A stretch of DNA of 64,000 nucleotides from Chloroflexota bacterium (GCA_003228115.1 QEVV01000001.1:467834-531833), one strand, 5' to 3'. Positions 8,927-18,797 are shown, counted from the stretch's first letter. Made by a program: numbers and translations. The notes: generated by a model not told the origin, from the letters alone.

Positions 8927-9421
8927 CTAAACAGCTATAACCTCTGTCAGTGCCGCTACGGGTTCCGGGTCCTTGAACATAGGGTTCTCGTGCATGTTGA
9001 TCATCCACACTGAGAACTCCAAGGAAATACCGTTGGGGTCCTCGAAGTAGATGGACTTGACCATGCCGTGGTCGACGAAGTCAGTGGCGTCAACGCCGTG
9101 GGACCGAACCCGCTCCTGCACTTGGCGCAGGACTTCCTCTGACTCCACGTTGATTGAAACATGGTCAAAGTTGCGGCCCGTGGCCGGTACACCCGAATCC
9201 TTGCGAGGCGGCAATTCAATGTCTGGCCATTCGAAAAAGGCGATGGTGCTGGCAGGGCCAAGGCTAAAGAAATAGTGCCGCATCCGCTTACCGTCAAATA
9301 CGCCACCCACGGTGCCTACCACCTTCATACCCAGCACGTCGCGTTAGAACCGCACCGTCTTGTCCATGTCGTCAGTGATCATAGCCAAGTGATTTACGCC
9401 TCTGTAGATCGTTTCGTCCAT
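8927..9421 (-). pseudogene. VOC/glyoxalase family protein with in-frame TAA at codon 26
   Basis: GGAGG-N7-ATG at 9421; MDETIYRGVNHLAMITDDMDKTVRF*RDVLGM... continues in frame to DHVS and SIYFEDPNGISLE; stop at 9344-9346. Confidence 0.8.
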
Positions 9422-9480
9422 AGTACACCTCCCTTTGTGCTGCCGATTAAACCGATTATACGCCACGAAGAAGCGGCTCC

Positions 9481-9990
9481 CTAACCTGTCACTCTCCAAC
9501 ACGTGGGCTCATGGTCATTGACCATACCAACGCTTTCAAGAAAGGAGTAGCACACGGTCGGCCCCACGAAGCGGAAGCGGCGGCGGAAGTCGCGGCACAC
9601 CTCTTCGTTCTGGCCAGCCATGGCCCACAGGAACCGGTCGAAGGAACCATGCTCTCCTTGGATGTCGAGGATGGCCCCAGCATTGTAGATAGTCGCTTCA
9701 ATCTTCTTGCGATGCCGCACGATGCTCGAGTCCTGCAACAGCCGCTCAATGTCGGTCTCGTTGAAAGATGCGACCTTTTCAATGTCGAAGCCCTCAAACG
9801 CCCGCACGAAAGCCTCTCGTTTGTAGAGGATGGTGCGCCACGCTAGGCCGCTCTGAAACGCCTCCAAGGTCAACCGCTCGAAGAGCGCGGCGTCTTCATG
9901 GCAGGGGACTGCCCAATCCTCGTCATGATACTTCGCCATGAGTGGATCGCTGGCTGCCCAAAAACAACGAAAGCGGCCATCGTCAGTCAA
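9481..9990 (-). CDS. tag: DNA-3-methyladenine glycosylase I
   Basis: RCFWA, YHDEDW, LFERLTLEAFQSGLAW, FRFVGPT, VNDHEPTC; TTG start overlapping the upstream stop. Confidence 0.92.
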   Translation of the reverse strand: MTDDGRFRCFWAASDPLMAKYHDEDWAVPCHEDAALFERLTLEAFQSGLAWRTILYKREAFVRAFEGFDIEKVASFNETDIERLLQDSSIVRHRKKIEATIYNAGAILDIQGEHGSFDRFLWAMAGQNEEVCRDFRRRFRFVGPTVCYSFLESVGMVNDHEPTCWRVTG

Positions 9991-10687
9991 TGATCCCCAC
10001 CTCCGAGAACTCCGGCAGACCACCTTGGACGATGGCCCAAGCCAGGAACAAAACGAGAGTCAGGGCGTGCGCTCCAACGAAGAAGGAAAGGAGCGGCCTG
10101 CCCATTAGGCTACGCCGAGCGTAGGTTAAACCAAAAATGGTGACCAGCGCAGCGAAGGGCAAGCCCAGCGGCCATGTGGCGCCTTCGATCACGATAACGA
10201 AGAACGTTGCGCCATAAATGATGGCTGCGGGGAGCAAGCTTGCCAACGAAACGCTGCCCTGCGCTCCCTGCACCCGCCACTCGCGCCACACGGCCAAGGC
10301 GGAGAGTCCCATAATCCCAGCATGCCAAAGATAATGGCTAAGCACTTCGTCGTAGAAGTGCGTCAGATCAGCGAGGTCAGTTCCGGTCTCGCTCACCAGA
10401 TGACCGATGGAGTTGGCGCCCAGGTGCATGCCCTGTCCCTCTACCCAAAGGGCAGCCAGCACAAGGAATGCCACGACTTCTCGGACGGTAGGGGTCCTCG
10501 GCCCTGCTTGGAAGAGAAACCAGTACAACGGAAGAAGAACGAGTGGCGTTGCCAAATCGACAATATCGCCCCATTTTACCAAGTCGTAAGGGGAGAACTG
10601 GAACGATAAGAAGGCCGGAGCCAAGAGCAGGGCAGCGAAAGCGGAGGCGAAAATCAGTGCGAGACGACCGGAATTAGCCATAGCCAA
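9983..10687 (-). CDS. Hypothetical integral membrane protein
   Basis: About 7 hydrophobic segments with intramembrane polar motifs GQGMHLGANSI and YDEVLSHYLWH; no family recognised. Confidence 0.75.
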   Translation of the reverse strand: MAMANSGRLALIFASAFAALLLAPAFLSFQFSPYDLVKWGDIVDLATPLVLLPLYWFLFQAGPRTPTVREVVAFLVLAALWVEGQGMHLGANSIGHLVSETGTDLADLTHFYDEVLSHYLWHAGIMGLSALAVWREWRVQGAQGSVSLASLLPAAIIYGATFFVIVIEGATWPLGLPFAALVTIFGLTYARRSLMGRPLLSFFVGAHALTLVLFLAWAIVQGGLPEFSEVGIID

Positions 10688-10877
10688 AGTAACCTCAGGA
10701 GCATCTTCACGAAAGCACCTCTCGTCGTCAAGCGTCGACTGTGTGGCAGAAACGGCCTCGTGCCCGTCAGCGCAGGAAGAATCCTGCAGCCCGCTTGAAA
10801 AGAGGCCTCCCCTTCACTACACTTGCCGCGTTCGGTGGCGAAAGGCTAGATCGGCTTCGACGAAAAGGAGGCCACCT

Positions 10878-11612
10878 ATGGCTGAACGAGTATGGGACAA
10901 GTTCCTGACTGAGCAGGACAAGGCCCATCTCGCCGCGTCCCCGCACCATCGCATCGGGTTCGGCAAACGGCCTGCGCTGCTCCTTGTAGACTTCTACCGG
11001 GGCGTTTTCGGCGACAAGCCCGAGCCCCTGCTAGAAGGTATCAAGACTTGGCCGGGGAGTTGCGGCATGGTGGCGTGGGACTCCATCCCGCACCTTCAGG
11101 CCATGCTGAGCGCCGCCCGTGATGCGGACATGCCCATTGTCCATGTTACCGTCGTCAACGACGTGACCGACGGCGTCGACATTTGGATGGCAACCCGAAC
11201 GGGGTCCGCACAAGATCTGCCCAAGGAAGAGCAAGAGCAGCGGCTGCGGGGATGGCAGATCATCGACGAGGTCGCGCCCCTGCCCGGCGAGGGTGTCTTG
11301 CGCAAGACGGCTGCCAGCGCCTTTTACGGCACGCCCCTAGCCGCCCACCTTAACTACCTGGATGTCGACACGCTCATCGTACTTGGCGAGAGCACTAGCG
11401 GCTGCTTGCGGGCCAGCGTGGTCGATGCCGCGGCCAATCGCTATCGAGTGATCGTGGTCGAGGAGTGCACATTCGACCGGCATGAGGCGCCGCACGCCAT
11501 CAACCTCTTCGACATGGACCAGAAGTACGCCGACGTCCTACCGCTGGCTGAGGTAGTAGAGTGGATCGCAGAGTGGAAAGCAGAGAAAGAAAAGGAGGCC
11601 ATTCATGACTGA
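10878..11612 (+). CDS. Isochorismatase-family cysteine hydrolase (N-carbamoylsarcosine/maleamate amidase-like), copy 1
   Basis: Asp-Lys-Cys triad: LVDFY, RKTAASAF, GESTSGCLRASVVDA; AGGAGG RBS. Confidence 0.9.
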   Translation: MAERVWDKFLTEQDKAHLAASPHHRIGFGKRPALLLVDFYRGVFGDKPEPLLEGIKTWPGSCGMVAWDSIPHLQAMLSAARDADMPIVHVTVVNDVTDGVDIWMATRTGSAQDLPKEEQEQRLRGWQIIDEVAPLPGEGVLRKTAASAFYGTPLAAHLNYLDVDTLIVLGESTSGCLRASVVDAAANRYRVIVVEECTFDRHEAPHAINLFDMDQKYADVLPLAEVVEWIAEWKAEKEKEAIHD

Positions 11613-12339
11613 GCGCGTGTGGGATAAGTTTCTAACCCAGAATGACAAGGATCATCTAGCGGCATCCAAACAGACTCGAATCGGTTTCGGTAAGCGCCCT
11701 GCCTTGGTTCTCATTGATGTCTACAGGGGTGTATTCGGCGATGAGCCGGAGCCCCTGCTTGACGCCATCAAGACGTGGCCGGGGAGCTGCGGCCCGGTGG
11801 CGTGGGACGCCATCCCGCACCTTCAGACGATGCTGACCGCGGCCCGCGAGGCCGAGATCCCCGTCGTCCACGTTACCGGCATCAACGACCTTCAGGACAG
11901 TATCGAGCCCTGGGCCGTGCGCCGCATGGGACCGGCCAAGGAGTTGTCTGGGGAGGAACTGGAGAGGCGCAAACGGCGATGGGACATCATCGACGAAGTC
12001 GCTCCCCTACCAGGCGAGGGTGTTCTCCGAAAAGCGGCCCCCAGCGCCTTTTACGGCACCCCTCTGGCAGGACACCTGAACTACAAAGACGTAGACACGC
12101 TCATTGTGGTTGGCGAAAGCACCAGCGGCTGCGTGCGAGCCAGCGTGGTGGACGCCGCGGCCAACCGCTATCGAGTGGTGGTCGTGGAAGAGTGCGTGTT
12201 CGACCGCCACGAGGCTGCCCACGCCATAAACCTCTTCGACATGGACCAGAAATACGCCGACGTCATGTCCCTGGCCGATGTCCTGGAATGGCTGGCAGAG
12301 TGGAAGGCCGAAAAGGACAACGCAGCAACGAGCGCATAA
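11605..12339 (+). CDS. Isochorismatase-family cysteine hydrolase, copy 2
   Basis: LIDVY, RKAAPSAF, GESTSGCVRASVVDA; closely similar to copy 1. Confidence 0.9.
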   Translation: MTERVWDKFLTQNDKDHLAASKQTRIGFGKRPALVLIDVYRGVFGDEPEPLLDAIKTWPGSCGPVAWDAIPHLQTMLTAAREAEIPVVHVTGINDLQDSIEPWAVRRMGPAKELSGEELERRKRRWDIIDEVAPLPGEGVLRKAAPSAFYGTPLAGHLNYKDVDTLIVVGESTSGCVRASVVDAAANRYRVVVVEECVFDRHEAAHAINLFDMDQKYADVMSLADVLEWLAEWKAEKDNAATSA

Positions 12340-12364
12340 AGTCACTACAGAGGGGGAATGTTAC

Positions 12365-13207
12365 ATGGTAGAGAAGACGACAGGCTTCGCAGGCGCCAAG
12401 ACGGAGATGATGACCTTTGGGAATCGTGTTAGCGCGTTCCTGGCAGTGCCTGAGAACGTGGCGCCACCCTATCCGGTGGTGATGCTCTGTCACGAGCGCT
12501 ACGGGTTGGTGCAGCACACGCTGGACTTGGCAGCCAAATGGGCGGCCGACGGCTACCTATCCATTGCCCCTGACCTCTTCTCGCGTTGGGACGGAGACAA
12601 GGAAGCCCTAGCTCGAGGGGATTTCATGGTCCCCATCAGCGACGACGAAATCAGAATCTACATGGGCGAAACCATAGACTACCTACTTGAGCGCCCGGAC
12701 GTGGACGCCAAGCGTATCGCCGTCATGGGCGTATGCCAGAGCGGCGAATACCCGCTCGTCCTCAACAGCTTCCGCGACGAGGTCGCGGCCAATATTGTCG
12801 TGTACGGCGGCGCCCAAACTGGCATCGTGAACGTTTGGGACGTCGGCGAAGTCCGCAGGGAACCCTATGAGGACATACTGAAACGTGTCAAGGCCCCCAT
12901 CATCGGCATCTGGGGTGAGGATGACTTCGTTGTATCGGTCGACGACGTGCAGCGCCTGCGGAACACCCTGGAAAAGCACATGAAGACCTACGTCTTCAAG
13001 TTGTACCGGGATATGCCCCACGGCTGGTTCAACTCAACGATGCCAGGCCGGTACCGCCCAGCGGAGACCGAAGACGCCTGGGCCTACATCAAGAAGTTTC
13101 TGGACGATGTCTACGCCGGAGCGTTTCCAAAGGACCGGGTCCTATGGCGCTTCGAATCCGACATTGCCCCTGACTACGACTTCACCAAGAAGTACCGCCA
13201 GGTCTAA
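12365..13207 (+). CDS. Dienelactone hydrolase family protein, copy 1
   Basis: HERYGL, APDLF, nucleophile MGVCQSG, GEDD, PHGWFN. Confidence 0.88.
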   Translation: MVEKTTGFAGAKTEMMTFGNRVSAFLAVPENVAPPYPVVMLCHERYGLVQHTLDLAAKWAADGYLSIAPDLFSRWDGDKEALARGDFMVPISDDEIRIYMGETIDYLLERPDVDAKRIAVMGVCQSGEYPLVLNSFRDEVAANIVVYGGAQTGIVNVWDVGEVRREPYEDILKRVKAPIIGIWGEDDFVVSVDDVQRLRNTLEKHMKTYVFKLYRDMPHGWFNSTMPGRYRPAETEDAWAYIKKFLDDVYAGAFPKDRVLWRFESDIAPDYDFTKKYRQV

Positions 13208-13255
13208 GGCGCCGACGCGGCACAAAGAAGCGTGGTTCTGACCATGAGGAGCATT

Positions 13256-14290
13256 GTGCCCAACACACTACTTCCAACCACAGTTGTGGGGAGCTACCCG
13301 CAGCCGGACTGGCTTATTGGCCGCGAGGCGCTGGCGGGCCGCTTCCCTCCGAGGGTGCGGGCAAAAGAGTTGTGGCGCATCCCTCCTGAGTTTCTAGCGC
13401 AAGCCCAGGACGACGCCACGATCCTCGCCATACGCGATATGGAGCGTTGCGGGATCGACATCATCAGCGACGGAGAACAGCGGCGAGAGAGCTACTCCAA
13501 CCGCTTCGCCACCTCCCTTGATGGTGTCGATATCGACAATCCGGGCACTGCACTGGATCGCACCGGCCATCCCAATCCTGTTCCCAGGATCGTTGGGCCA
13601 ATACGCCGCTCCAAGCCCTGCGAGGTAGAAGACGTTCTGTTTCTTCGGGGCAACACCGATCGGAGCATTAAGATCACCATACCTGGGCCTTTCACCATGT
13701 CCCAGCAGGCCCAGGACGACTACTATGGCGACTCAGAAAGGCTGGCAATGGACTATGCCGAGGCGGTGAATCAGGAGATCAAGGACCTGTTCGCAGCCGG
13801 GGCCGACGTCGTCCAAATAGACGAGCCATACATGCAAGCCAGGGCGGAGACAGCGAAGGGCTATGCCATAAGGTCTCTGAACTGCGCCTTGGAAGGAGTC
13901 CAGGGCACCACCGCTGTCCACCTATGTTTCGGCTACGCCGCCATCGTCCACGAGCGGCCCAGTGCTTACTCATTCCTACCGGAGTTGGCTGACGCCAGCG
14001 TCGATCAGATATCTATTGAGGCGGCCCAGCCCAGACTGGACCTCTCCATCCTTCGAGAATTGCCAAGCAAGACCATTATCTTGGGCGTGCTTGACCTAGG
14101 TGACATGACCCCTGAGACACCAGAGATCGTGGCTCAACGCCTGCGCAACGCTCTTGAATATGTTGATGCAGACCGGCTCGTCGTCGCCCCGGATTGTGGC
14201 ATGAAATATCTACCCAAAGATGTGGCCCTGCGCAAGCTCAGGGCCATGGTCTTGGGCACAGCCATCGTGCGTGAGGAGCTAGCCGGGTAA
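13256..14290 (+). CDS. Single-domain cobalamin-independent methionine synthase (MetE C-terminal-like) Zn enzyme
   Basis: TTVVGSYPQP, SDGEQRRESY, QIDEP, HLCFG, APDCGMKY; GTG start with GAGGAG. Confidence 0.88.
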   Translation: MPNTLLPTTVVGSYPQPDWLIGREALAGRFPPRVRAKELWRIPPEFLAQAQDDATILAIRDMERCGIDIISDGEQRRESYSNRFATSLDGVDIDNPGTALDRTGHPNPVPRIVGPIRRSKPCEVEDVLFLRGNTDRSIKITIPGPFTMSQQAQDDYYGDSERLAMDYAEAVNQEIKDLFAAGADVVQIDEPYMQARAETAKGYAIRSLNCALEGVQGTTAVHLCFGYAAIVHERPSAYSFLPELADASVDQISIEAAQPRLDLSILRELPSKTIILGVLDLGDMTPETPEIVAQRLRNALEYVDADRLVVAPDCGMKYLPKDVALRKLRAMVLGTAIVREELAG

Positions 14291-14353
14291 CCCAGGCGGC
14301 TTCGCTAAATCCGGCTCTTCAATCGGTCTCGCCAACGCGAAGAAGGAGAACTC

Positions 14354-15184
14354 ATGGTTCAGACGACTACCTACCCAGGCGCTCAAACCTCGATGATCAC
14401 CTTTGGCGACCGGGTCAAGGCCTTCCTAGCCGTGCCAGAGGAGGGAACCGGCCCTTTCCCCGCTATGATCCTGAGCCACGAGCGCTACGGACTCGTACAG
14501 CACACGCTGGATTTGGCGGCCAAATTCGCCAGGTATGGTTACGTTGGTATCGCCCCAGACCTCTTTTCCCACTGGGAGGGCGACCAGGAGGCCCTGATCC
14601 GGGGCGACGCGCGCGTCACCATCAGTGACTACGAGATCAAGACCTTTCTAAGCGCCGGCTTCGATTTCCTAGCAAACGACCCCAGGGTGGACGCCTCAAA
14701 GATATCCTCGATGGGCGTTTGCCAGAGCGGGGAGTACCCCATTGTCCTCAACAGCGTCCGGCCTAATCTTGCCGCCAACATCGTCGTTTATGGCGGAGCA
14801 CAGGCGGGTCTCTGGGACGTAGGAGAGCTCCGGCTGGAACCCTATATCGACATCATCAAACGGATCACCGCGCCTGTGCTCGGCATTTGGGGAGAAAGCG
14901 ACCATGTGGTCTCCACGGAGGCCGTCCGGAATCTGCGCAACGCTCTCGAGTCAGAGATGAAGACTTATGAGTTCAAGCTGTTCCGGGACATGCCCCACGG
15001 CTGGTTCAACGACACCATGCCCGGCAGGTACCGGCCCAAGGAGACTGCGGAGGCTTGGGACCTGATCATGGACTTCCTCGACCGGGTGCACAACGGAGCG
15101 TTCCCCAAGGACCGCGTTACCTGGAAGTTCGATTCAGACATTGCCGCGGACTATGACTTCACTAAGGCGGTAAGGCTCGAATAG
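14354..15184 (+). CDS. Dienelactone hydrolase family protein, copy 2
   Basis: HERYGLVQHTLDLAAK, MGVCQSGEYP, PHGWFN; paralog of 12365-13207. Confidence 0.88.
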   Translation: MVQTTTYPGAQTSMITFGDRVKAFLAVPEEGTGPFPAMILSHERYGLVQHTLDLAAKFARYGYVGIAPDLFSHWEGDQEALIRGDARVTISDYEIKTFLSAGFDFLANDPRVDASKISSMGVCQSGEYPIVLNSVRPNLAANIVVYGGAQAGLWDVGELRLEPYIDIIKRITAPVLGIWGESDHVVSTEAVRNLRNALESEMKTYEFKLFRDMPHGWFNDTMPGRYRPKETAEAWDLIMDFLDRVHNGAFPKDRVTWKFDSDIAADYDFTKAVRLE

Positions 15185-15213
15185 GAGCCGTCTCGAAGGC
15201 GAATCAGCGTGTG

Positions 15214-15285
15214 GTAGGGGAGGGTCTATGACCCTCCTCCCCAGAAACACGCAGGGAGAGGGCCGGTCTGAGACACGGCCCCTAC
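15214..15285. repeat. GTAG-type REP pair
   Basis: gtaggggagggtctatgaccctcc ... ggccggtctgagacacggcccctac (GTAG...CTAC ends, internal GGTCT-N-GACC hairpins). Confidence 0.65.
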
Positions 15286-15340
15286 CGAACGCCTCTCAAG
15301 AAACCTCAGTGCACAATCGCTCCGAAGGACTTTGACACGC

Positions 15341-15378
15341 AAAGAGAAGGGCGGGTCTGAGACCCGCCCTTCTCTTTT
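15341..15378. terminator. Bidirectional intrinsic terminator
   Basis: aaagagaagggcgggtc-tga-gacccgcccttctctttt between convergent genes. Confidence 0.85.
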
Positions 15379-15396
15379 GCTATCTACATGCAGCCG

Positions 15397-16665
15397 TTAG
15401 CGGGGCGCTGGTAGTATCTCATCACGCTGGAACGTGTCGATGATCTCCACACCCGTCTTGGTAACTACTAGCATATTCTCCAGGCGTGCGCCGCCTACGC
15501 GAACCTCACCCTCTCTGCTCTCAACCGCGATGCACATTCCCTCCTCAAACTCCTGAGGGAACTGAAGGGACCACTGCCGGTTGACGATGGGGTGGTCGTA
15601 GCCGGTCATGGCACCGATGCCGATGCCGTGGCCGATCTCGCTAGCCAAGATCTCGTGCTCGCCCTCGTAGCCCCATTTGGTGGCTGGTGGGAAATGCTTG
15701 GCGGCTGCGTCGGTCGATGCGCCCGGCTTTATCTCGCTAATGACATTGTCGATGCGGTCCAGGACCTGTTTATACCAGTCCTTCTGTTGGTCTGAAGGCT
15801 TCTTCCCGATGCTGAACGACCGGTACGTGCAGCTTCCATAACCCATGTAGGTGAATCCACAAACGGACCCGTAGAGAAGGTCCCCCGTCTGCATCAAACG
15901 CCCCGTGGTTGAGAAGCCACGGTCGAATGTTATAGGGCCACTGCGCCAGCCTCCCATGTGGGAATGTTCGGCACCCAACTCGTAGCCAGTCCGCGCAACG
16001 ATCGCGCCCAGGTCCGTGTCCCGCATGCCGGGGCGTGCGGTCTCCCAGACCTTGAACCAAATGCCGTCGCAAATCGCGGCGACCATCTTAAGACAATTAA
16101 TCTCGTCCTCATTCTTGATCATCCGGGCTTCCAGCATCAGTTGCTGGGAGGGCACGATGTTCGTAACGCCAGCAGCGACCAGGGCCGCTATGCCAACGCC
16201 GTCAACGCCACCAACGGCGATCTTCTCACCTAGCAGGCCACGCTTCCGAAGCTCCTCGGCTATCTCGCCGGCAAAGAGCCTGGCTTCTTCCAGAGAAGCC
16301 TCCATGCCTGGCGAGAACCCAAGCCAGGAACGAGCAGGCCGGAACTCCCCTATCCAGGGCGCTTGGTCTTGCAGCTGGACATACCACCCAGCGTGCTCGT
16401 ACATGATCGGCGCGTCTTCGGCGAAGAAAAGGGTGTACCGGGTCAGGGGCATGGGGAAGCCGATCATTCCGGTGAGGTACCGGATGTGTTGCGTCCCACC
16501 CTCTAGGATCACGGCGACGCCATGCTTCTTCATGATCTTCCGGGCCCGCTCCGTGCGGTACTCCCGCATGCGGTCAACATTGAGCCGTTCTTGCCAGTCT
16601 GCGGTACCCTGCCCGTAGGTCAGCCTGCCGGTGTCAACTATCTTTACGCTAGGTCCGTATGCCAA
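15397..16665 (-). CDS. M24-fold (Xaa-Pro peptidase/creatinase-like) hydrolase, copy 1
   Basis: ARMIKNEDEI, IGHGIG, AVES, GARLENM. Confidence 0.85.
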   Translation of the reverse strand: MAYGPSVKIVDTGRLTYGQGTADWQERLNVDRMREYRTERARKIMKKHGVAVILEGGTQHIRYLTGMIGFPMPLTRYTLFFAEDAPIMYEHAGWYVQLQDQAPWIGEFRPARSWLGFSPGMEASLEEARLFAGEIAEELRKRGLLGEKIAVGGVDGVGIAALVAAGVTNIVPSQQLMLEARMIKNEDEINCLKMVAAICDGIWFKVWETARPGMRDTDLGAIVARTGYELGAEHSHMGGWRSGPITFDRGFSTTGRLMQTGDLLYGSVCGFTYMGYGSCTYRSFSIGKKPSDQQKDWYKQVLDRIDNVISEIKPGASTDAAAKHFPPATKWGYEGEHEILASEIGHGIGIGAMTGYDHPIVNRQWSLQFPQEFEEGMCIAVESREGEVRVGGARLENMLVVTKTGVEIIDTFQRDEILPAPR

Positions 16666-16731
16666 CGCACACCTCCGCTTGTCTCTGTAACTTCATTACT
16701 TTGATGCGCAATATAAGGCAAGTTCCCAGGC

Positions 16732-18000
16732 CTATCTGGGAGCCTGCAGTACTTCGTCCCTCTGGAAGGTGTCGATGATTTCGACGCCAGTCTTGGTGAC
16801 CACGACCATGTTCTCCAGCCTGGCCCCACCGACCCTCACCTCTCCTTCCCGGCTCTCAATGGCCAAGCACATGCCCTCTTGGAATTCTTGGGGGTACTTG
16901 AGTGACCACTGTCGGTTCACGATCGGGTGGTCGTAACCAGTCATGCCGCCCAGCCCGATACCGTGACCAATTTCGCTGGCCAGAATCTCGTGCTCGCTGG
17001 CGTATCCCCATTTTGTCGAAGGGGGGAAGTGCTTAGCCGCAGCGTCTGTTGACGCACCGGGCTTGATTTCACTGATCACGTTATCGATTCGGTCCACTAC
17101 CTGCTTGTACCAGTCCTTCTGTTGATCCGAAGGCTTCTTCCCAATGGTCAGCGTGCGGTAGGTGCAGCTTCCGTAGCCCATGTACGTGAATCCGCAGACG
17201 GAGCCGTACATGATGTCGCCGGTCTGGAGGAGACGACCGGTGCTGGAGAAGCCACGGTCGAATGTAATGGGACCGCTGCGCCAACCTCCGGGGTGAGCGA
17301 ACTCAGCGCCCAGCTCGTAGCCGGTTGAGGCGACAATGGTGCCTAGGTCCGTGTCCCGCATTCCGGGGCGGGCAGTTTCCCAGACCTTGTACCAAACGCC
17401 ATCGCAGATGGCGGCGATCATTTTCAAGCAGTTGATCTCATCTTCATTCTTAATCATGCGGGCTTCCAGCAAAAGCGGCTGGGAGGGCACGATGTTGGTT
17501 ACCCCAGCCTCAGCCAGAGCAGCAAGGCCAAAGCCGTCTACGCCGCCAACAGCGATCTTCTCGCCGAGGACGCCCTTGTCCTTTAGAACCTGCGCTATCT
17601 CCTCAGCGAACTGTTTGGCCTCCCATTGCGTGGCATCAATGCCAGGCGACAGGTTGAGCCAGGAGTGGGCTGCTCTGAATTCCGGGATCCAGGGTGCCTG
17701 GTCCGGCATCTGGGCGTACCAACCTGAATGCTCCCACATGATGGAAGGCTGCTCAGCGAAGAACAGCACGTACCGGGACAGTCCCATGGGAAACCCAATA
17801 AGACCGGTCAGGTAGCGGAGGTTCTGGGGAACCCCCTCAAGAATCACGGCCACGCCGTGCTTCTTCATAATCTCGCGAGCCCGGCCCTCCCGGTACTTGC
17901 GCATACGATCCACATTGAGCCGCTCCTGCCAGTCTGCCGTCGCTTGCCCGTAGGTAAGCCGCCCGGTATCCACCACCTTTACGCTAGGTCCAAAAGCCAT
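16732..18000 (-). CDS. M24-fold hydrolase, copy 2
   Basis: Same length (422 aa) and motifs as copy 1. Confidence 0.85.
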   Translation of the reverse strand: MAFGPSVKVVDTGRLTYGQATADWQERLNVDRMRKYREGRAREIMKKHGVAVILEGVPQNLRYLTGLIGFPMGLSRYVLFFAEQPSIMWEHSGWYAQMPDQAPWIPEFRAAHSWLNLSPGIDATQWEAKQFAEEIAQVLKDKGVLGEKIAVGGVDGFGLAALAEAGVTNIVPSQPLLLEARMIKNEDEINCLKMIAAICDGVWYKVWETARPGMRDTDLGTIVASTGYELGAEFAHPGGWRSGPITFDRGFSSTGRLLQTGDIMYGSVCGFTYMGYGSCTYRTLTIGKKPSDQQKDWYKQVVDRIDNVISEIKPGASTDAAAKHFPPSTKWGYASEHEILASEIGHGIGLGGMTGYDHPIVNRQWSLKYPQEFQEGMCLAIESREGEVRVGGARLENMVVVTKTGVEIIDTFQRDEVLQAPR

Positions 18001-18026
18001 ATTGATTCCTCCTAGGGATTGAAGCC

Positions 18027-18797
18027 CTACACCATCAATTCGCCGCCGTTGACTGGAATGATCTGTCCGGTCACATAACTACTCTTGCCGCTGAACAGCC
18101 ACATCATTGTGTCCGCGATGTCCTGCGGTTGCCCCAATCGGTTCAGGGGCACCAGCTCCGGCCGTGTGCGGTTTTCGATGTGACGTTCTAACTCGTCTCC
18201 CTTCATGTCGCCGCGCCACAGGGGCGTGTCGATCGGACCCGGCGCTATACCGTTGATCCGGATGCCCTTGTCCGCCACCTCACGGGCCACTGCCCTAATA
18301 AAGCCAATGATGCCGGCCTTGGCCGCTGAGTAGTGGGCCGCGCCCGGCTGTCCTTTTTGAGCGTGAAGAGATGATATGCAGGCGATCCCGCCTGAACCCC
18401 TCTCCAACATTTCAGGAAGGATAGCCCTGGTGCAGAAGAATGTGCCGTTGAGGTGGACGCTTATCATGCGAATCCAGTCTTCGTCCGATATTTCGTGGAC
18501 CAAGGCGTTACCACCGATCCCGGCGATGTTCGCCAGGTAGTCAATGGGGCCCAACTCTGCCCGCGTCTTGGCAACCGCTGCATTGACCTGGGAGGAGTCG
18601 GAGACATCGAGTTCCAGCGTGAGAACCTTACCGCCGCCTTCTTCTATCTCAGCGGCCACGGCCTCAGCATTTGCCTTGCGGATATCGGCTACAGCAACTG
18701 CCACACCTTCTCGCGCTAGGTTCAATGCTACCGCCCGACCAATTCCGCTCCCAGCCCCGGTCACGAAGGCGACCTTTCCGCTTAGGTCCCAGGCCAT
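18027..18797 (-). CDS. Short-chain dehydrogenase/reductase (FabG-like)
   Basis: TGAGSGIG, YSAAK, PGPIDT. Confidence 0.92.
   Translation of the reverse strand: MAWDLSGKVAFVTGAGSGIGRAVALNLAREGVAVAVADIRKANAEAVAAEIEEGGGKVLTLELDVSDSSQVNAAVAKTRAELGPIDYLANIAGIGGNALVHEISDEDWIRMISVHLNGTFFCTRAILPEMLERGSGGIACISSLHAQKGQPGAAHYSAAKAGIIGFIRAVAREVADKGIRINGIAPGPIDTPLWRGDMKGDELERHIENRTRPELVPLNRLGQPQDIADTMMWLFSGKSSYVTGQIIPVNGGELMV

Noticed and set aside
9344-9346. Stop-codon recoding in the VOC gene
   Set aside because: The codon is TAA at a Tyr position; Sec uses TGA and Pyl uses TAG
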